From positions 2,910,001 through 2,942,000 of the forward strand of contig NC_008340.1 of the NCBI RefSeq assembly GCF_000014785.1: 32,000 nucleotides of DNA. The letters are read 5' to 3'. Made by a program: the position numbers and the translations under genes. Shown one piece after another: positions 30,437-32,000 of the stretch. Positions within the stretch are counted from its first letter, which is position 1. Every line of letters begins with the position of its first letter. The notes under the pieces were generated by a model. The model was given only the letters and a program-made list of their open reading frames with translations, did not search any database and was not told the origin of the DNA. The DNA is from Alkalilimnicola ehrlichii MLHE-1. Lineage in GTDB: Bacteria; Pseudomonadota; Gammaproteobacteria; Nitrococcales; Halorhodospiraceae.

Positions 30437-32000
30437 TCCGCCCCCTCCATGACCTGTCGGGCGGCCCCGACGATGTCCTCCACCTGGGGCAGGGCTGCCG
30501 TCTCCAGGTGGCGTGCGTAGGGGATCGGGATCTCGGCCGAGCAGACCCGGGCGATGGGGGCGTCCAGGTACCACAGGGCCTGTTCCGCCAGGATGGCGCT
30601 GATCTCCGCAGCCAGGCTGCCGGTCTTCCACCCCTCGTCCACAATCACCGCCCGCTGGGTGCGGGTAACCGATGCCACCAGGGCCTCCGTATCCAGCGGG
30701 CGCAACACCCGCAGATCCAGCACTTCGGCCTCGATACCCTCCTCTGCCAGCGCCTCGGCCGCCTCCAGGGTCTTACCCAGACTGCCGCCGTAGGTGATCA
30801 GGGTCAGGTGCTGGCCCGGCCGGCGGATGGCGGCCTGGCGGATATCCACCCCCTGCGGGCAGGGGGTCAGCTCGCCCTCCTGGTTGTAGAGCAGGACGTG
30901 CTCGAAGATCACCACCGGGTTGGGGTCATGCAGCGCCGCCCAAAGCATGTGCCGGGCGTCCTCCAGGGTGCCCGGCGCCAGCACCTTGAGCCCGGGCACG
31001 TGGGCGTACCAGTTCTCCAGGCTGTGGGAGTGCTGGGCAGCCACCTGCCGGCCGGCGCCGGTGGCCATGCGGATCACCAGGGGGACGGGGAACTGGCCGC
31101 CGGACATGTGCAGCAGCGTGGCGGCGTTATTGACGATCTGGTCCAGCGCCAGCAGGCTGAAGTTCACCGTCATGATCTCGACGATGGGCCGGGCGCCGCC
31201 CAGGGCCGCGCCGACCCCGGCGCCGGTGAAGCCGTTCTCCGAGAGCGGGGTGTCGCGCATCCGCTCCGGCCCAAACTGCTCCAGCAACCCGCGGGAGACG
31301 GCGTAGCAGCCCCCGTAGTGACCGATGTCCTCCCCCATCATGAAGCTGCGCGGCTCATGGGTCAGGGCCTCGATCAAGCCACGCCGGAAGGCCTCGCGGA
31401 AGCTCAGCCGCTCCGGCTCGGTCGCCACATCGGGGGGCGGAGGGGGCGCCTCCGACACCGGTGCGCAGACGTGATCCAGCAGGGTATCCGGGGACTCCCA
31501 TTCGGCCTGCTCGGCGAAGGCCACGGCGGCGTCAATCTCCTCACCGATTTCCCCGTCCATGGCCTCCAACTCCCCCTCGTGCAGCGCCCCGGAGCGGCTC
31601 ATCCAATCACTGAGCCGCCGGATCGGGTCGCGGGCCTGCCACGCCTCCACCTCCGCCTTGTCACGGTAGAGCTGCGGGTCGAACATGGAGTGGGCCCGGA
31701 AGCGGTAGGTCTCGCACTCCAGGAAGCGCGGCCCCTCGCCGGCACGCACGGAGGCCAGGGCCCGGCCGCTGGCGGCCTCCACCGCCACCACATCCATGCC
31801 GTCCACCCGCTCGGCGGGGACGCCCAGGGCCTCCGCCTTGCGGTACAGCTCGGTCTGGGCGTGGGCGAGGTGCAGGGCCGTCCCCATGGCGTACTGGTTG
31901 TTCTCGCAGACGAAAAAGACCGGGAGCTGCCAGAGGGCGGCCAGGTTGAGCGACTCGTGGAACACCCCCTCGGCCACGGCGCCGTCGCCGAAGAAACAGG
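30433..32000 (-). CDS. Fused 2-oxoacid dehydrogenase E1 alpha-beta subunit, TPP-dependent (5' end off window)
   Basis: [40 protein letters not shown]...[10 protein letters not shown] (E1alpha), then [33 protein letters not shown]...[27 protein letters not shown]...[20 protein letters not shown] (E1beta) in one frame; frame stays open to 32000. Confidence 0.93.

Overview
32-kb high-GC gammaproteobacterial-type chromosomal window (gene content suggests an Ectothiorhodospiraceae-like organism; inference only). Left to right: ctp-type S41 protease (partial, -), EnvC-like M23 protein (-), YibN-like rhodanese-fold protein, secB, gpsA, trmL, a Fur-box-preceded FbpA/FbpB-type iron ABC transporter, the glycine cleavage genes gcvT-gcvH-gcvPA-(tpx)-gcvPB, a small ORF, an EamA transporter (-), a Sel1-repeat protein, a DUF4139-type protein, an ~1165-aa multidomain Fe-S/flavin oxidoreductase ending in a 215-bp palindromic element with perfect 45-bp inverted repeats, a YgaP-like membrane protein, a minus-strand cynABDS-like operon (substrate-binding protein, permease, ATPase, cyanase) with an ANTAR regulator gene upstream, pckA, an unknown membrane protein, a COG0523/CobW GTPase (-), a truncated Mut7-C ubiquitin-like remnant, and a translationally coupled E1alpha-beta fusion / E2 / acyl carrier protein set (-). 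The strongest candidate for an undescribed system is the 5' leader of the cynABDS-like operon. It contains two stem-loops with hexanucleotide loops carrying A1 and G4 (AACGGC, AAGGGC), and the second is mutually exclusive with an intrinsic terminator just before the first gene. A degenerate sigma-54-like promoter and an NtrC-like box lie upstream, next to an ANTAR protein whose receiver Asp appears replaced by Glu. This suggests ANTAR antitermination of cyanate (or nitrate) assimilation. The second candidate is the E1-E2-ACP set, a possible 2-oxoacid-to-acyl-ACP pathway. All assignments come from reading motifs and translations; no database search was run.
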